DNA from: Clostridia bacterium | GTDB lineage: Bacteria > Bacillota > Clostridia > Oscillospirales > CAG-272 | Reading direction: 5' to 3' | Length of the DNA stretch: 55,411 nt | Assembly (NCBI GenBank): GCA_017507985.1 | Contig: JAFVZV010000015.1 | Location: forward strand, 1-55,411 | Shown here: piece by piece, positions 9,022-18,400 of the stretch | Numbering within the stretch: position 1 is the first letter of the stretch | Layout of the letters: each line of letters opens with the position of its first letter | Notes under the pieces: model-generated | The model's database searches: none | Told to the model about the DNA's origin: nothing | Seen by the model: only the letters and a program-made list of their open reading frames with translations | Program-made: the position numbers and the translations under genes

Positions 9022-10055
9022 ATCATCAAAATACACAAGCCGCACTGACCATTGGTGACGTTTCCTTGCGTCACGGGCTGATGCTGGCCCCGCTGGCGGG
9101 AGTGAGCGATCATCCCTTCCGACGCATCTGCCGCGCGCAGGGCGCGGAATTTACCGTCAGTGAGATGGTATCAGCCAAGTCGCTGTGCTATGAAAAAATG
9201 AGTCGTCGCGCCTCGGTCGGAGAGAACTCCAAGAGCGCGCCGTTGGCTAAAGTCTGGGCAGACGACGTGCCCATGGCGGTGCAGTTGTTTGGCAGTGAGC
9301 CTGAATTTATGGCTGAAGCCGCCGCAATGGTCGCCGAGGGCTCTTATGCGGGTTGTACCAGTCAGGCGAAGCCTGCCGCGATTGATATCAATATGGGCTG
9401 TCCTGTACATAAGATCGTATCCAACGGAGAGGGAAGTGCGTTGCTTCGTGACATTCCTTTGGCGGGGCGCATCGTGCGTGCGGTTGCAAAGGCCGTCGAT
9501 CTGCCTGTGACGGTTAAGATCCGCATCGGCTTTGACGCAAAGCATATTTGCGCCGTCGAAATGGCAAAGGAGCTGGAGGCAAGCGGTGCGGCGGCCATTT
9601 GTGTGCATGGAAGAACAAGAGAGCAAATGTATCGCCCCGGCGTGGATCTTGATGCGATCGCTGCCGTGAAGGCGGCAGTGTCCATCCCCGTCATTGGCAA
9701 CGGAGATATCATGAGCGTGGCCGATGCGCTGAATATGAAAGAAAAAACAGGCTGTGATGGTCTGATGATCGCACGTGGCGCGATGGGAAATCCATGGTTG
9801 TTTGCCGAGATTGCCGCAGCCTTAGAGGGGCGTGAATTTGTGCCCCCGAGCTTGCAGGAGAGAATCGAAACGGCGCTTTCTCAGATGGCACAAATGATAG
9901 AAGAAAAGGGCGAAAGAGTTGGGTTTGCTGAATCTAAAAAGCAAATGGCGTGGTATATCCACGGCGTCGTCGGCGCCGCTGAGGCGCGGGGGCGGCTGAT
10001 GACAGCCACCACCCCTTGCGAGGTGGAGACGGTTATGCGAGGCTTGATCCGATAA
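9018..10055 (+). CDS. dus: tRNA-dihydrouridine synthase
   Basis: Start chosen at the ATGA overlap with the udg stop. LAPLAGVSDHPFRRICR, INMGCP, VHGRTREQ motifs. Confidence 0.85.
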   Translation: MNHQNTQAALTIGDVSLRHGLMLAPLAGVSDHPFRRICRAQGAEFTVSEMVSAKSLCYEKMSRRASVGENSKSAPLAKVWADDVPMAVQLFGSEPEFMAEAAAMVAEGSYAGCTSQAKPAAIDINMGCPVHKIVSNGEGSALLRDIPLAGRIVRAVAKAVDLPVTVKIRIGFDAKHICAVEMAKELEASGAAAICVHGRTREQMYRPGVDLDAIAAVKAAVSIPVIGNGDIMSVADALNMKEKTGCDGLMIARGAMGNPWLFAEIAAALEGREFVPPSLQERIETALSQMAQMIEEKGERVGFAESKKQMAWYIHGVVGAAEARGRLMTATTPCEVETVMRGLIR

Positions 10056-10090
10056 TTAGATAGAAAAAAAAACGGAAGGAGGGACGGTTT

Positions 10091-10690
10091 GTGTTTGAAA
10101 CGAAAGACAGCAAGGAGCTGCGGGCGCTCATACGTGCGGCACAAGAGGGCGACGAGCAAGCGTTTGAGCAAATTCTGACGTTGCTGGAAGCGCAGGTGTA
10201 CCGTCTCGCCTTTTCGATGTTAAGACATAAGCAGGACGCCGAGGATGCAACGCAGGAAACGTTCATTAAGCAATGGCGAACATTACCGTCCTACCGATTT
10301 GAGTGTCCGATCTTGCCGTATGTGCTCAAAATGACACGAACGACTGTGCTGGATATGCAGCGCAAGATCGAGCGACGGCGCGAGCACGAGCTATCACTTA
10401 CCCTTGAAAACGATCAGGGGGAGCGAGTAGAGCTTGACTTGGCGGATACGGACGTGCAAAACGACCCGGTGGCGCATCTGTCTAAAATGGAGCTGATCGC
10501 CCAGGTGCGGCAAGCCATTGAGGATTTGCCACCCGAGCATCGCGACATTTTGCTGCTTAAGGATATGCAGGGGCTATCCTACGAGCAGATCGCGCAAACG
10601 CTTGACATACAAGTGGGGACGGTGGCGAGCCGCTTATCCCGTGCGCGAAAAAATTTGGAAAAGATTTTGAAAACACGGAAGATTTTTTGA
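10091..10690 (+). CDS. RNA polymerase sigma factor, ECF (sigma-70 group 4) family
   Basis: GTG start after GGAAGGAGGG. Region 2 (..AFEQILTLLEAQVYRLAFSMLRHKQDAEDATQETFIKQW) and region 4 HTH (LSYEQIAQTLDIQVGTVASRLSRARKNL). Confidence 0.85.
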   Translation: MFETKDSKELRALIRAAQEGDEQAFEQILTLLEAQVYRLAFSMLRHKQDAEDATQETFIKQWRTLPSYRFECPILPYVLKMTRTTVLDMQRKIERRREHELSLTLENDQGERVELDLADTDVQNDPVAHLSKMELIAQVRQAIEDLPPEHRDILLLKDMQGLSYEQIAQTLDIQVGTVASRLSRARKNLEKILKTRKIF

Positions 10691-10748
10691 TTTCGTGCGT
10701 CTATATGAATGAGCAACGAAAAATAACTGAACGTGAGGATATATATTG

Positions 10749-11633
10749 ATGAAAGGACAAAATCGGCGCGGACGCAAGGTGAGCTGTGAGTGGGTATCCC
10801 GACAGCTTGATGCGTACCTGGACGGTGAATTAAATCAAGCACGCGCCGATATGGTGCGCGCGCATCTTGATGTCTGCCCATATTGTGCGGCGCAGGCACA
10901 AGAGGGACAAGAGATTCGTGCATTGATTGCTTCGTGTGAGGAAGCCGTACCCGATGCGGCTTTGCACGATTCTATTATGCAGTCGATCAAAGCGCAACCG
11001 CGCAATATTGCTACCAAGAAAACGCGGCCACGTGCTATGTGGGCAAGATCGTGGCGACTTGGCGGTGTACTGATCGGAGCGTGCCTCCTCTTTGTGCTGA
11101 TGCTGCTGCCAGGATCGCTGTTCAAGGCCAACGCCCCCCAGTCCCCCTCGTATGAGCATGATGCTCCGTCGGCCGAGGCCCCTGGAGGAGCTCTTGACGG
11201 CACGTTGGGCGGTGGCAGCTATGGCGACGAGGATATGGAGAACTCGGGCGTCGAAGACGAAGCACCCGGATATGGGAGCGAATCGCCGAAGGACCCCATG
11301 CCGGCACCCGGTGAAGATCCGGACGGTGACTCGTGGAGCGATGACGTTGAAAGTCTGCTGAGCGGCGAAATTAAGTTGGCGCGCGACGGTGGCGAGGAGT
11401 ATGACGGTACCGATTTGTGGAACGCCTTGAATGGTGCATGGCTCAACGGTGCGCTGTGGTTGCATTTTGACACACGTGCGGGCGAGGTTTGCATAATCAC
11501 GGAGCAGAATGAGTACTATGGCGACATCTCGCTCAATGGGGATCAATTGTTACTGCAAATGGAAACCGGAGTGCGTATGAAATTCGAGGTCAAAATGGAG
11601 GAGAGCACGTTATGCTTGACACGACTGCAATAA
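10749..11633 (+). CDS. anti-sigma factor, zf-HC2 type, single TM, acidic extracytoplasmic domain
   Basis: N-terminal C..H..CxxC pattern (CEWVSRQLDAYLDGEL..AHLDVCPYCAAQ), one TM (LGGVLIGACLLFVLMLL). Directly downstream of the ECF sigma gene. Confidence 0.75.
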   Translation: MKGQNRRGRKVSCEWVSRQLDAYLDGELNQARADMVRAHLDVCPYCAAQAQEGQEIRALIASCEEAVPDAALHDSIMQSIKAQPRNIATKKTRPRAMWARSWRLGGVLIGACLLFVLMLLPGSLFKANAPQSPSYEHDAPSAEAPGGALDGTLGGGSYGDEDMENSGVEDEAPGYGSESPKDPMPAPGEDPDGDSWSDDVESLLSGEIKLARDGGEEYDGTDLWNALNGAWLNGALWLHFDTRAGEVCIITEQNEYYGDISLNGDQLLLQMETGVRMKFEVKMEESTLCLTRLQ

Positions 11634-12283
11634 ATATGCCGCTGTTGTTGGTCACGGATGATCGCTCGCTTGCATGCCTTGTTCGCCTGGAGTGTCGAGA
11701 GCTGGCACTGCCGTTGGAGGTGGCGGCGACCTTGCCGCAATCTGCTACGCAACGCACTCTTTTGATCGATCTTGACAGCGTCAACATGACAGAACCCTTT
11801 GCTATTGGTGAGGGGCAGATGGTGGCAGGCATCTGCCGTGATATCTCGCAATTGCCGACCGAATGGCAAGCTCGCTTTTCCCGCTTGCTTCAGCGTCCCT
11901 GCCCAACGGCACAGCTCCGTGCTTTGCTGGGGCATCTGTGTGGACGAGGAGAAATGACCTCCGTTGCACCGCGTGAGGGGCGTGCTCATACGGCATTAAG
12001 TGCGAGCGAATTGAAGATGGTGATGACAGAAGATAATCAACTGCTCTGCGGCGAGGAGATTCTTAGCTTGAGTCCGACAGAAGCGGCACTGATGCGCACG
12101 CTCATTGCCCACCGCGGTGAGATCGTCAGCCGTACTATGCTGGAGGCTTGTCTGCCCGGTGAGGGAGAGGCGCATAGCAACAAAATAGAGGTTTATCTTT
12201 GCTTTTTGCGCCGCAAGATCGAACGCCCGTTGGGGCTTCGATTGATCACCACCGTGCGCGGAAAAGGGTATCGGTTGGAGTGA
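11612..12283 (+). CDS. OmpR/PhoB-type winged-helix regulator with degenerate receiver-like N-domain
   Basis: C-terminal trans_reg_C signature (LSPTEAALMRTLIAHRGEIVSR..IEVYLCFLRRKIE..ITTVRGKGYRLE). The N-domain keeps DD and LLIDLD but has no K-P motif. RBS GGAGGAG; 22-nt overlap with the anti-sigma gene. Confidence 0.7.
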   Translation: MLDTTAINMPLLLVTDDRSLACLVRLECRELALPLEVAATLPQSATQRTLLIDLDSVNMTEPFAIGEGQMVAGICRDISQLPTEWQARFSRLLQRPCPTAQLRALLGHLCGRGEMTSVAPREGRAHTALSASELKMVMTEDNQLLCGEEILSLSPTEAALMRTLIAHRGEIVSRTMLEACLPGEGEAHSNKIEVYLCFLRRKIERPLGLRLITTVRGKGYRLE

Positions 12284-12322
12284 TCATCGCAACAAATATT
12301 GCTCAAAGAAAGGAAGATCGAT

Positions 12323-12991
12323 ATGAAAAAAGTAGTTCTTGTCATGCTAGCGGTTCTATTGGTATTATCCTGCTTTTGCTTTGTTGGGTGTGAGCCGGAG
12401 GCTTGCGAGGATTCTTATGAGGATTACGATCCGAGTGGGCCTCTTCCCGAAAAGCCGGTCATTTATCTCTACCCTGAGCAGATGACGGACGTTGAGGTCA
12501 AGCTGGAGTTCAACGGTCAGCTTTTGTGCACGTACCCTGCCTATGACAACGGTTGGAACGTGACCGCTTACCCCGACGGGACGCTGATCGATAAGAAAAC
12601 TGGGCTAGAGTATTCCTATTTGTTCTGGGAAGGTATTTCCAACGTTCCGTACGATATGAGCCGCGGCTTTGTGGTCAAGGGTGAGGGCACGGCGGCCTTT
12701 TTGCAAGAAACGCTGGCCGCGATGGGTCTGACACCCCGCGAGTATAACGAGTTTATCGTCTACTGGCTGCCGAGGATGCAGGACAACGCCTACAACCTCA
12801 TTACCTTCCAGACGGACGTTTACACCGAAAACGCCAAGCTGACTATCACCCCCAAGCCCGATAGCATGCTGCGTGTGTTTATGGCCTACCAAGTGCTGGA
12901 GGAGCCGATCGAGATCGAAGCGCCCGAAATTGAGCCGTTTGAGCGCGAGGGCTTTTGCGTCGTCGAATGGGGCGGGGCGGAAGTGAATTAA
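12323..12991 (+). CDS. lipoprotein, function unknown
   Basis: Signal peptide with lipobox (MKKVVLVMLAVLLVLSCFCFVGC). RBS AAAGGAAG. Confidence 0.65.
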   Translation: MKKVVLVMLAVLLVLSCFCFVGCEPEACEDSYEDYDPSGPLPEKPVIYLYPEQMTDVEVKLEFNGQLLCTYPAYDNGWNVTAYPDGTLIDKKTGLEYSYLFWEGISNVPYDMSRGFVVKGEGTAAFLQETLAAMGLTPREYNEFIVYWLPRMQDNAYNLITFQTDVYTENAKLTITPKPDSMLRVFMAYQVLEEPIEIEAPEIEPFEREGFCVVEWGGAEVN

Positions 12992-13003
12992 GCATCATAG
13001 AAA

Positions 13004-13043
13004 AACACCATAGACTTTTCACGGTCTATGGTGTTCCTTTTTG
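13004..13043. terminator. bidirectional hairpin terminator between convergent genes
   Basis: aacaccatagac (13004-13015) pairs with gtctatggtgtt (13024-13035). T-rich on both sides. Confidence 0.8.
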
Positions 13044-13045
13044 TA

Positions 13046-13822
13046 TCAGAATCTCACTCGCTCTACCTTGACACACTTACCTGTCGAGGGATCGACGGTG
13101 AACAGCGCACCGCAGATGGCGATCTCGCCCTCGGCCACGGTGAAGTGGGCAGGCATATGATGGCGCATCTTGGTCAGCACGGCCTCGATTTTGGTGCCGA
13201 GGATGCTGTTGACGGGTCCCGACATACCAAGGTCGGTGATATAGCCCGAGCCGCGCGGAAGGATGCCCTCGTCGGCCGTCTGCACGTGGGTGTGGGTGCC
13301 GAACATGACGGCGATGCGGCCGTCAAAGGCATGGGCGATGGCCAGCTTTTCCGAGGTGGCCTCGGCGTGGATGTCAAGCAGGGCAAAGTCATATCGCCCC
13401 TCCTCTCGTGCGAGGATCTTTTCCACCGCCTCAAAGGGGCTGTCAAGCGGCTCCATGAAGGTCGTGCCATTTACGTTGATGCAGAGGGCGCGCCAGCCGC
13501 ACACGTCGCGAATGGTGTAGCCACAGCCGGGAGCGGATGGGGGGTAATTGGCGGGGCGGATGATATCGTTTGAATTGTTGTCCAAAAAAAGGTGAAGATC
13601 GCGCATGGTGTAAGTGTGGTTGCCCAGCGTGATCAGATCAACGCCGCAATCTAAAATGGCTTGGGCGTCGCGGGCGTTAAGACCGTGAATATCGGTGGCG
13701 TTCTCGCCGTTGGCCACGACGAAATCGACCTTCAGCTCGCGGCGCTTTTGCCACAGCGAGCGTCGCAGGACGTCGATGGTCTTTGTGCCAACGATATCGC
13801 CAAGCGCAATAATATGAAGCAT
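13046..13822 (-). CDS. ymdB: YmdB-family metallophosphoesterase (2',3'-cyclic-nucleotide phosphodiesterase-like)
   Basis: GDIVG, ANGENA, LGNHTY and GTHTHVQTADE motifs. RBS AAAGGA. Confidence 0.85.
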   Translation of the reverse strand: MLHIIALGDIVGTKTIDVLRRSLWQKRRELKVDFVVANGENATDIHGLNARDAQAILDCGVDLITLGNHTYTMRDLHLFLDNNSNDIIRPANYPPSAPGCGYTIRDVCGWRALCINVNGTTFMEPLDSPFEAVEKILAREEGRYDFALLDIHAEATSEKLAIAHAFDGRIAVMFGTHTHVQTADEGILPRGSGYITDLGMSGPVNSILGTKIEAVLTKMRHHMPAHFTVAEGEIAICGALFTVDPSTGKCVKVERVRF

Positions 13823-13844
13823 ATACTATCCTTTCTATCTCCCA

Positions 13845-14459
13845 TCAGAAGGGGAGCAGCTCGAGGTGTTCCAGTAGAATTTTCGTGCCGATGAGGATGA
13901 GCACGATGCCACCTGCAAGCGAGGCCTTGTTTTTAAAGCGTGCGCCGAATTTGTGACCGACCAATACGCCCAGCGCACACAGGGCAAAGGTGGTAACACC
14001 GATGATAGTGACGGCCAACAGCAAATTGACCTGCAAAAAAGCGAAGGTGATGCCGACGGCCAGCGCGTCGATGCTGGTGGCAACTGCCATCAGGGCGATC
14101 TGACGTACATCCAAGTGATCGTCTGCAGTATCCTCATTTTGCTGTTTGCCGCAGCATTCGCAAGCGTCCTTTTGTTCGCGAATGTCGCAAACGACGTCGT
14201 AGATCATCTTACCGCCGATAAAGGCCAGCAAAGCAAAGGCGATCCAATGGTCGATGGCAACGATGTAGTCCTTGAATTGACTGCCCAGTAGGTAGCCGAT
14301 GGCAGGCATGAGCGCCTGGAAGCCGCCGAAGAAAGCGGCGATGATAAGCAAATGCCGCCAGTTGACGCCACGGCGCATTTGAAGTCCGCGGCAGATCGAC
14401 ACGGCAAAGGCGTCCATCGACAGTCCAACGCCGGTCAAAAAAATCTCAATAAATCCCAT
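13845..14459 (-). CDS. mntP: manganese efflux pump MntP (DUF204 repeats)
   Basis: GLSMDAFAVS and TSIDALAVG repeats, six hydrophobic segments. Confidence 0.85.
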   Translation of the reverse strand: MGFIEIFLTGVGLSMDAFAVSICRGLQMRRGVNWRHLLIIAAFFGGFQALMPAIGYLLGSQFKDYIVAIDHWIAFALLAFIGGKMIYDVVCDIREQKDACECCGKQQNEDTADDHLDVRQIALMAVATSIDALAVGITFAFLQVNLLLAVTIIGVTTFALCALGVLVGHKFGARFKNKASLAGGIVLILIGTKILLEHLELLPF

Positions 14460-14506
14460 GATAAGCCTTTCTATGTCTGCCGAAATATCTGTGAGCAGAC
14501 CGCATC

Positions 14507-14535
14507 ATTGTAGCAGAAAACAGGGCAATTGTCAA
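14507..14535 (-). promoter_or_regulatory. sigmaA-type promoter of mntP-ymdB
   Basis: On the minus strand, TTGACA (14535-14530, overlapping the upstream stop codon), 17 nt spacer, TACAAT (14512-14507). 47-nt leader. Confidence 0.7.
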
Positions 14536-15473
14536 GCGTTTTCGCTCGAGGGTGCGTTCTTTTTTCCAAGCTTTGCCCAAAGGGGGAAGGTCAGCGGCCA
14601 GACAACACCTGCGAACACGACAACGAGGAAATAACGCAGCGCAGTAGCCGAGGTATGACCGCCAAACAGGGCGAGCAGAGGAGCCTTGAGCACGGCCTTG
14701 ACGGCCAGCGCCAACCCCGCACCGACGGCTAGCTTGCCGATCTGACCCAGCAGAGGAGCATCGTTTTTGAAGTGCAACCACTTTTTGTCAGCGATAAAGG
14801 CGGCGAGAAGCCCCAGTGAGCAGCCCAACATGGTGTAGGCATTTTTTTGACCTGACGCGAGGTTGTGAGGATCAATGTCTGCGGGGAAGGGGAACAGCTC
14901 GGTGTACAGCACAAAGCCGACCGAGATCAAGACAGTCGCACCAAGAGCGATGAGCACATTGCGGTCATTGGCAAACAGGCGTTCGAGCAAGGGATACAGC
15001 GCAAAGATAAGCACTGCACCGACAAGCAGAGACACACCAACATCGAGAGGCGTGTGTACGCCGAGATACATACGAGAAAAGCCGACCAGCAAAATCAGAG
15101 CAACCGAGGCGATGCGAAGCCACAGCTTTTTGGTGCTGTAGGCGATGCAGCCGAAGGTGTCGGCAACGTTTTGGGTGTGTCCGCTGGGGAAGGAGTAGCC
15201 CGTGGCCTCCTCAATCGCGCTTTCCACGACGGTGAAGTTGGGATCCTTGACCCAGGGGCGGGGGATGCGGAAGGTCAGCTTGAGCACCTGGTTGATGGTG
15301 ATGCCGATAAAGCCGATGAGCAGGAAAATGTAGCCCTTCTTTTTATCAAGGCACCAGAAAATGAACAGCGCGATGGCGAGAAAAATTGTTTCCTCTCCGA
15401 CCATGGTGATAACGGACATGACGGCATCCAAAAAAGGATTACGTATGGATTCGAGCCAGTAAAGAAATGACAT
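14532..15473 (-). CDS. PAP2-superfamily phosphatase (membrane)
   Basis: KLTFRIPRP, SFPSGHT and SRMYLGVHTPLD acid-phosphatase motifs. RBS GGAGG. Confidence 0.8.
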   Translation of the reverse strand: MSFLYWLESIRNPFLDAVMSVITMVGEETIFLAIALFIFWCLDKKKGYIFLLIGFIGITINQVLKLTFRIPRPWVKDPNFTVVESAIEEATGYSFPSGHTQNVADTFGCIAYSTKKLWLRIASVALILLVGFSRMYLGVHTPLDVGVSLLVGAVLIFALYPLLERLFANDRNVLIALGATVLISVGFVLYTELFPFPADIDPHNLASGQKNAYTMLGCSLGLLAAFIADKKWLHFKNDAPLLGQIGKLAVGAGLALAVKAVLKAPLLALFGGHTSATALRYFLVVVFAGVVWPLTFPLWAKLGKKNAPSSENA

Positions 15474-15485
15474 AAAAACCTCCGA

Positions 15486-18400
15486 TTATAATTTGTCGGT
15501 CAGGTCGATCGAACGACCGAGCGGGAGTGAATAGATACAAACGTGATCGGGACGGCGACCGAACAGATCCTTCATCGCTTCAACGTAAATGCGGAGCTGA
15601 TCGGCGTGATGCTCCAGCATTCTGTCCCGGATGACGTTTGGGTCGTTGCTGACCAAGCGATCAGTTTTGTAGTCGAACAGCCAAAGCTGATTTTGTTCGT
15701 CTTCGACGATCAAGTCAATGGATCCCTGTACGTACAGTGTGTAGCCCTGCAGCTGCTGTGCCAGCACGGCGTTTTTCGTAAGATCGGCGTAAGGAATGAA
15801 GCGGTCGAAGTGCTGTTCACGCCAAATGCGTTTTGCCTTGGCGGCAAGAGAGACCAGATCGCTTTGGCACAGTGCTTGCAGTTGCTTGCGATTGAGAATA
15901 TTTGCCGCGCGTCGGGGAATGAACTTTTGTTCGACCAAGCGCGTGATCTCACGCTCAAGGTTGCCCTCTTGCAAGCACTTGAAGTCGCAGTGCTGCATAA
16001 ACAAATGCGTTGCCGTGCCGCGTTCGGCAGGCGTTGCCTTGTCGTCGGTGCGGAGCAGCTCCGCAAAGGGAACGCTGGCTCGTTGCATCAGCTCAATGCG
16101 ATGGCGAATGGAGGCTTCGCTGTCAGCATCCATTGTCTGATCGGTACGATCCTTTTCACCATCGTCATCCCCGCCGAAATCCTCAGGCAACCAGACACCG
16201 TCTAGCATCGCTGTTCGCAGCTTGGAGGCGGCTGCCTTGGTCGGGAGCGTACGAAGCAACGTCCAAGGATCATCGTAGGTGCGGTGATGCTCTATGATGG
16301 CACGGTAGCGCTCTCCCTCAGAAAAAACGGTCGGCAGAGCTGCAGGCTCGGCGGTTTCGTCGGGGACGGAGACAGGGTGGGGATGGCGGTAGTGCTCGCG
16401 GTTGAGGATAGTCAAGTCCCACAAAGGCTCCTTGCCCGTTTGTCGATGGGCCTCCAACGCGCTCAAAATCCAACTCAAATACGAGTTGGCCGACAGGATT
16501 GCATGACGTGTTGTGCTTGCTGTGGCACGTGCACGAGCCAGAGGCGTTGCCGCGCTACCCGTGAGGCTCGCCGTGACATATAGGCGTTCTTGCGCGCGGG
16601 TGAGGGCAACGTAAAGCAGTCGCATTTCCTCTTCGGTACGCCGCACGTCCGTAAGACGGGCGATGGCGCGGCGAGTGACTGTCTCACGTAACTCAGCAGT
16701 TTCGGGAACATAGATTTTAGCCGCGGCACCAAGTTGGGCGTCAAACATAACGGTGGAGCGCAGATCGTCGCTGTTGAATGCGGTAGAACAGCCACAGACA
16801 AACACGATGGGAAATTGCAGCCCTTTGGATTTATGCATGGTCATGATGGAGACGGCATCATCGCTGCTCTGTAACCCTGCCGCGCTCAGACCATCCTTGC
16901 TTTTGAGAATGCGGCGCAGATATTGCATGAATTGATACAGACCACAAAAAGAGGAGCTTTGATAGCTTCGCGCCTTGTCATATAGCGTCAGATACGCGGG
17001 GGAGGTTGCCTTGTTTACAAGGAATGGCTCACCCGAGAGCTGGCGGAGTAGACGGTCGGCCGGAAGTGTAGCAGCCAGCGCACGCCAATGAGCCAGTTTG
17101 GCAAGAAAGGCGCGTAGACGGTCAAGCGTACCGCTTGGAAGCGGAGGCGCTTCGCTCTCCTCACTCACCGCCGCGCAGATATCGTCATACAATGATTGTT
17201 CGTGGGTATGATCACGCAATGCGAGCAAATCGGACAGCGAGAAGGGGGAGTCCGGGGCTGTCAAAAGTCCCGTCAAGGGCACGTCGTCACGGGGATTGTC
17301 AATGACGGAAAGCAGATTGATCAGCAAAATCAGATCAGGGTCTTCCGCTAAATCGTCCGATGCGGCATATGAAACGCGAATGTTGTGGGCGCGCAAGGCG
17401 GTGCCGATATCCTTTGCCGCCGACCAACCGCGCAGCAAAATAGCAACGTCGCGAGCATGGATGGGGCGGCCGTCGATATGTGTTTCGTGGCGAATCAGAC
17501 GGGCGATCTCATCGGCCGCGTAGACAGCCTCGGGGCTCAGTGCGGTTGTCGGATCGGGGTCGGGCGTGCGAAGCGCCTTGGGGGGCGTTTCGAGCAAAAC
17601 CACCTGTGTCTTATAGCTCGGGCGATCCTTGTCCTTGCCATAGACCAGATCATCCTCGGGCTGGTAGCCCAACGATTCGGTGCACACGCGGAAGGTATGT
17701 CCGCAGACGGTGTTGGTAAAGTTGATGATGGCACGGTCGCAACGGAAATTCTCCGACATAAATACACAGCACCCGGTGTTTTTGTCTTGCGGGGCATCCT
17801 GCACCGTTAGAACGGGGGCAAAGGCCTGACGGTAGCCCGAGAAAATGGAGGGCTCTGCGCCGCGGAAGGTGTAAATACTCTGCTTGATATCGCCGACCAT
17901 GAATCGTTTTCCGCCTGCACCGATGGTGGAGAAGATCAGATCCTGTACTGTGTCGACGTCTTGATATTCGTCGATGTAAACGGCGTCAAAGCGGTCGGAA
18001 AGGGCACGTGCGACGTCAGTGGGCTTGCCATGCTCATCCAACAATAGTTGAAGCAAATATCGGCGCACATCCGAAAAATTCAATACACCGCGGCGGATCT
18101 TTTGCTCGCGCATGGCGCGATCATAGTCGTTCAGCAGGGTATAGAGCATACGTTGAGTACGAGCAGTGCGTAGCATTTGAGCCTGCATTTGCTCGGGGGA
18201 ATCGGCAAAATAACGTTTAGTCAGCGAACGCAAGGTCGCAACAATGTCCTTGCGTGCGTTTTTGATGTCCTCGGTGTCAAAGGGAACGTCGGCATCCTTG
18301 GGAAGGCGGCCTAAGCTGATGGGCTCGTATGCGGCCGCTTTTTGTGCCGCACGTTCCCATAACCCTGCCGTAAGATCGGCTAATATCTGCTCGGCGGTAT

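Noticed and set aside
14460-14531. The yybP-ykoY Mn riboswitch expected in front of mntP.
   Set aside because: Only 47 nt lie between the -10 and the ATG, which is too short, and none of the conserved riboswitch helices is evident.
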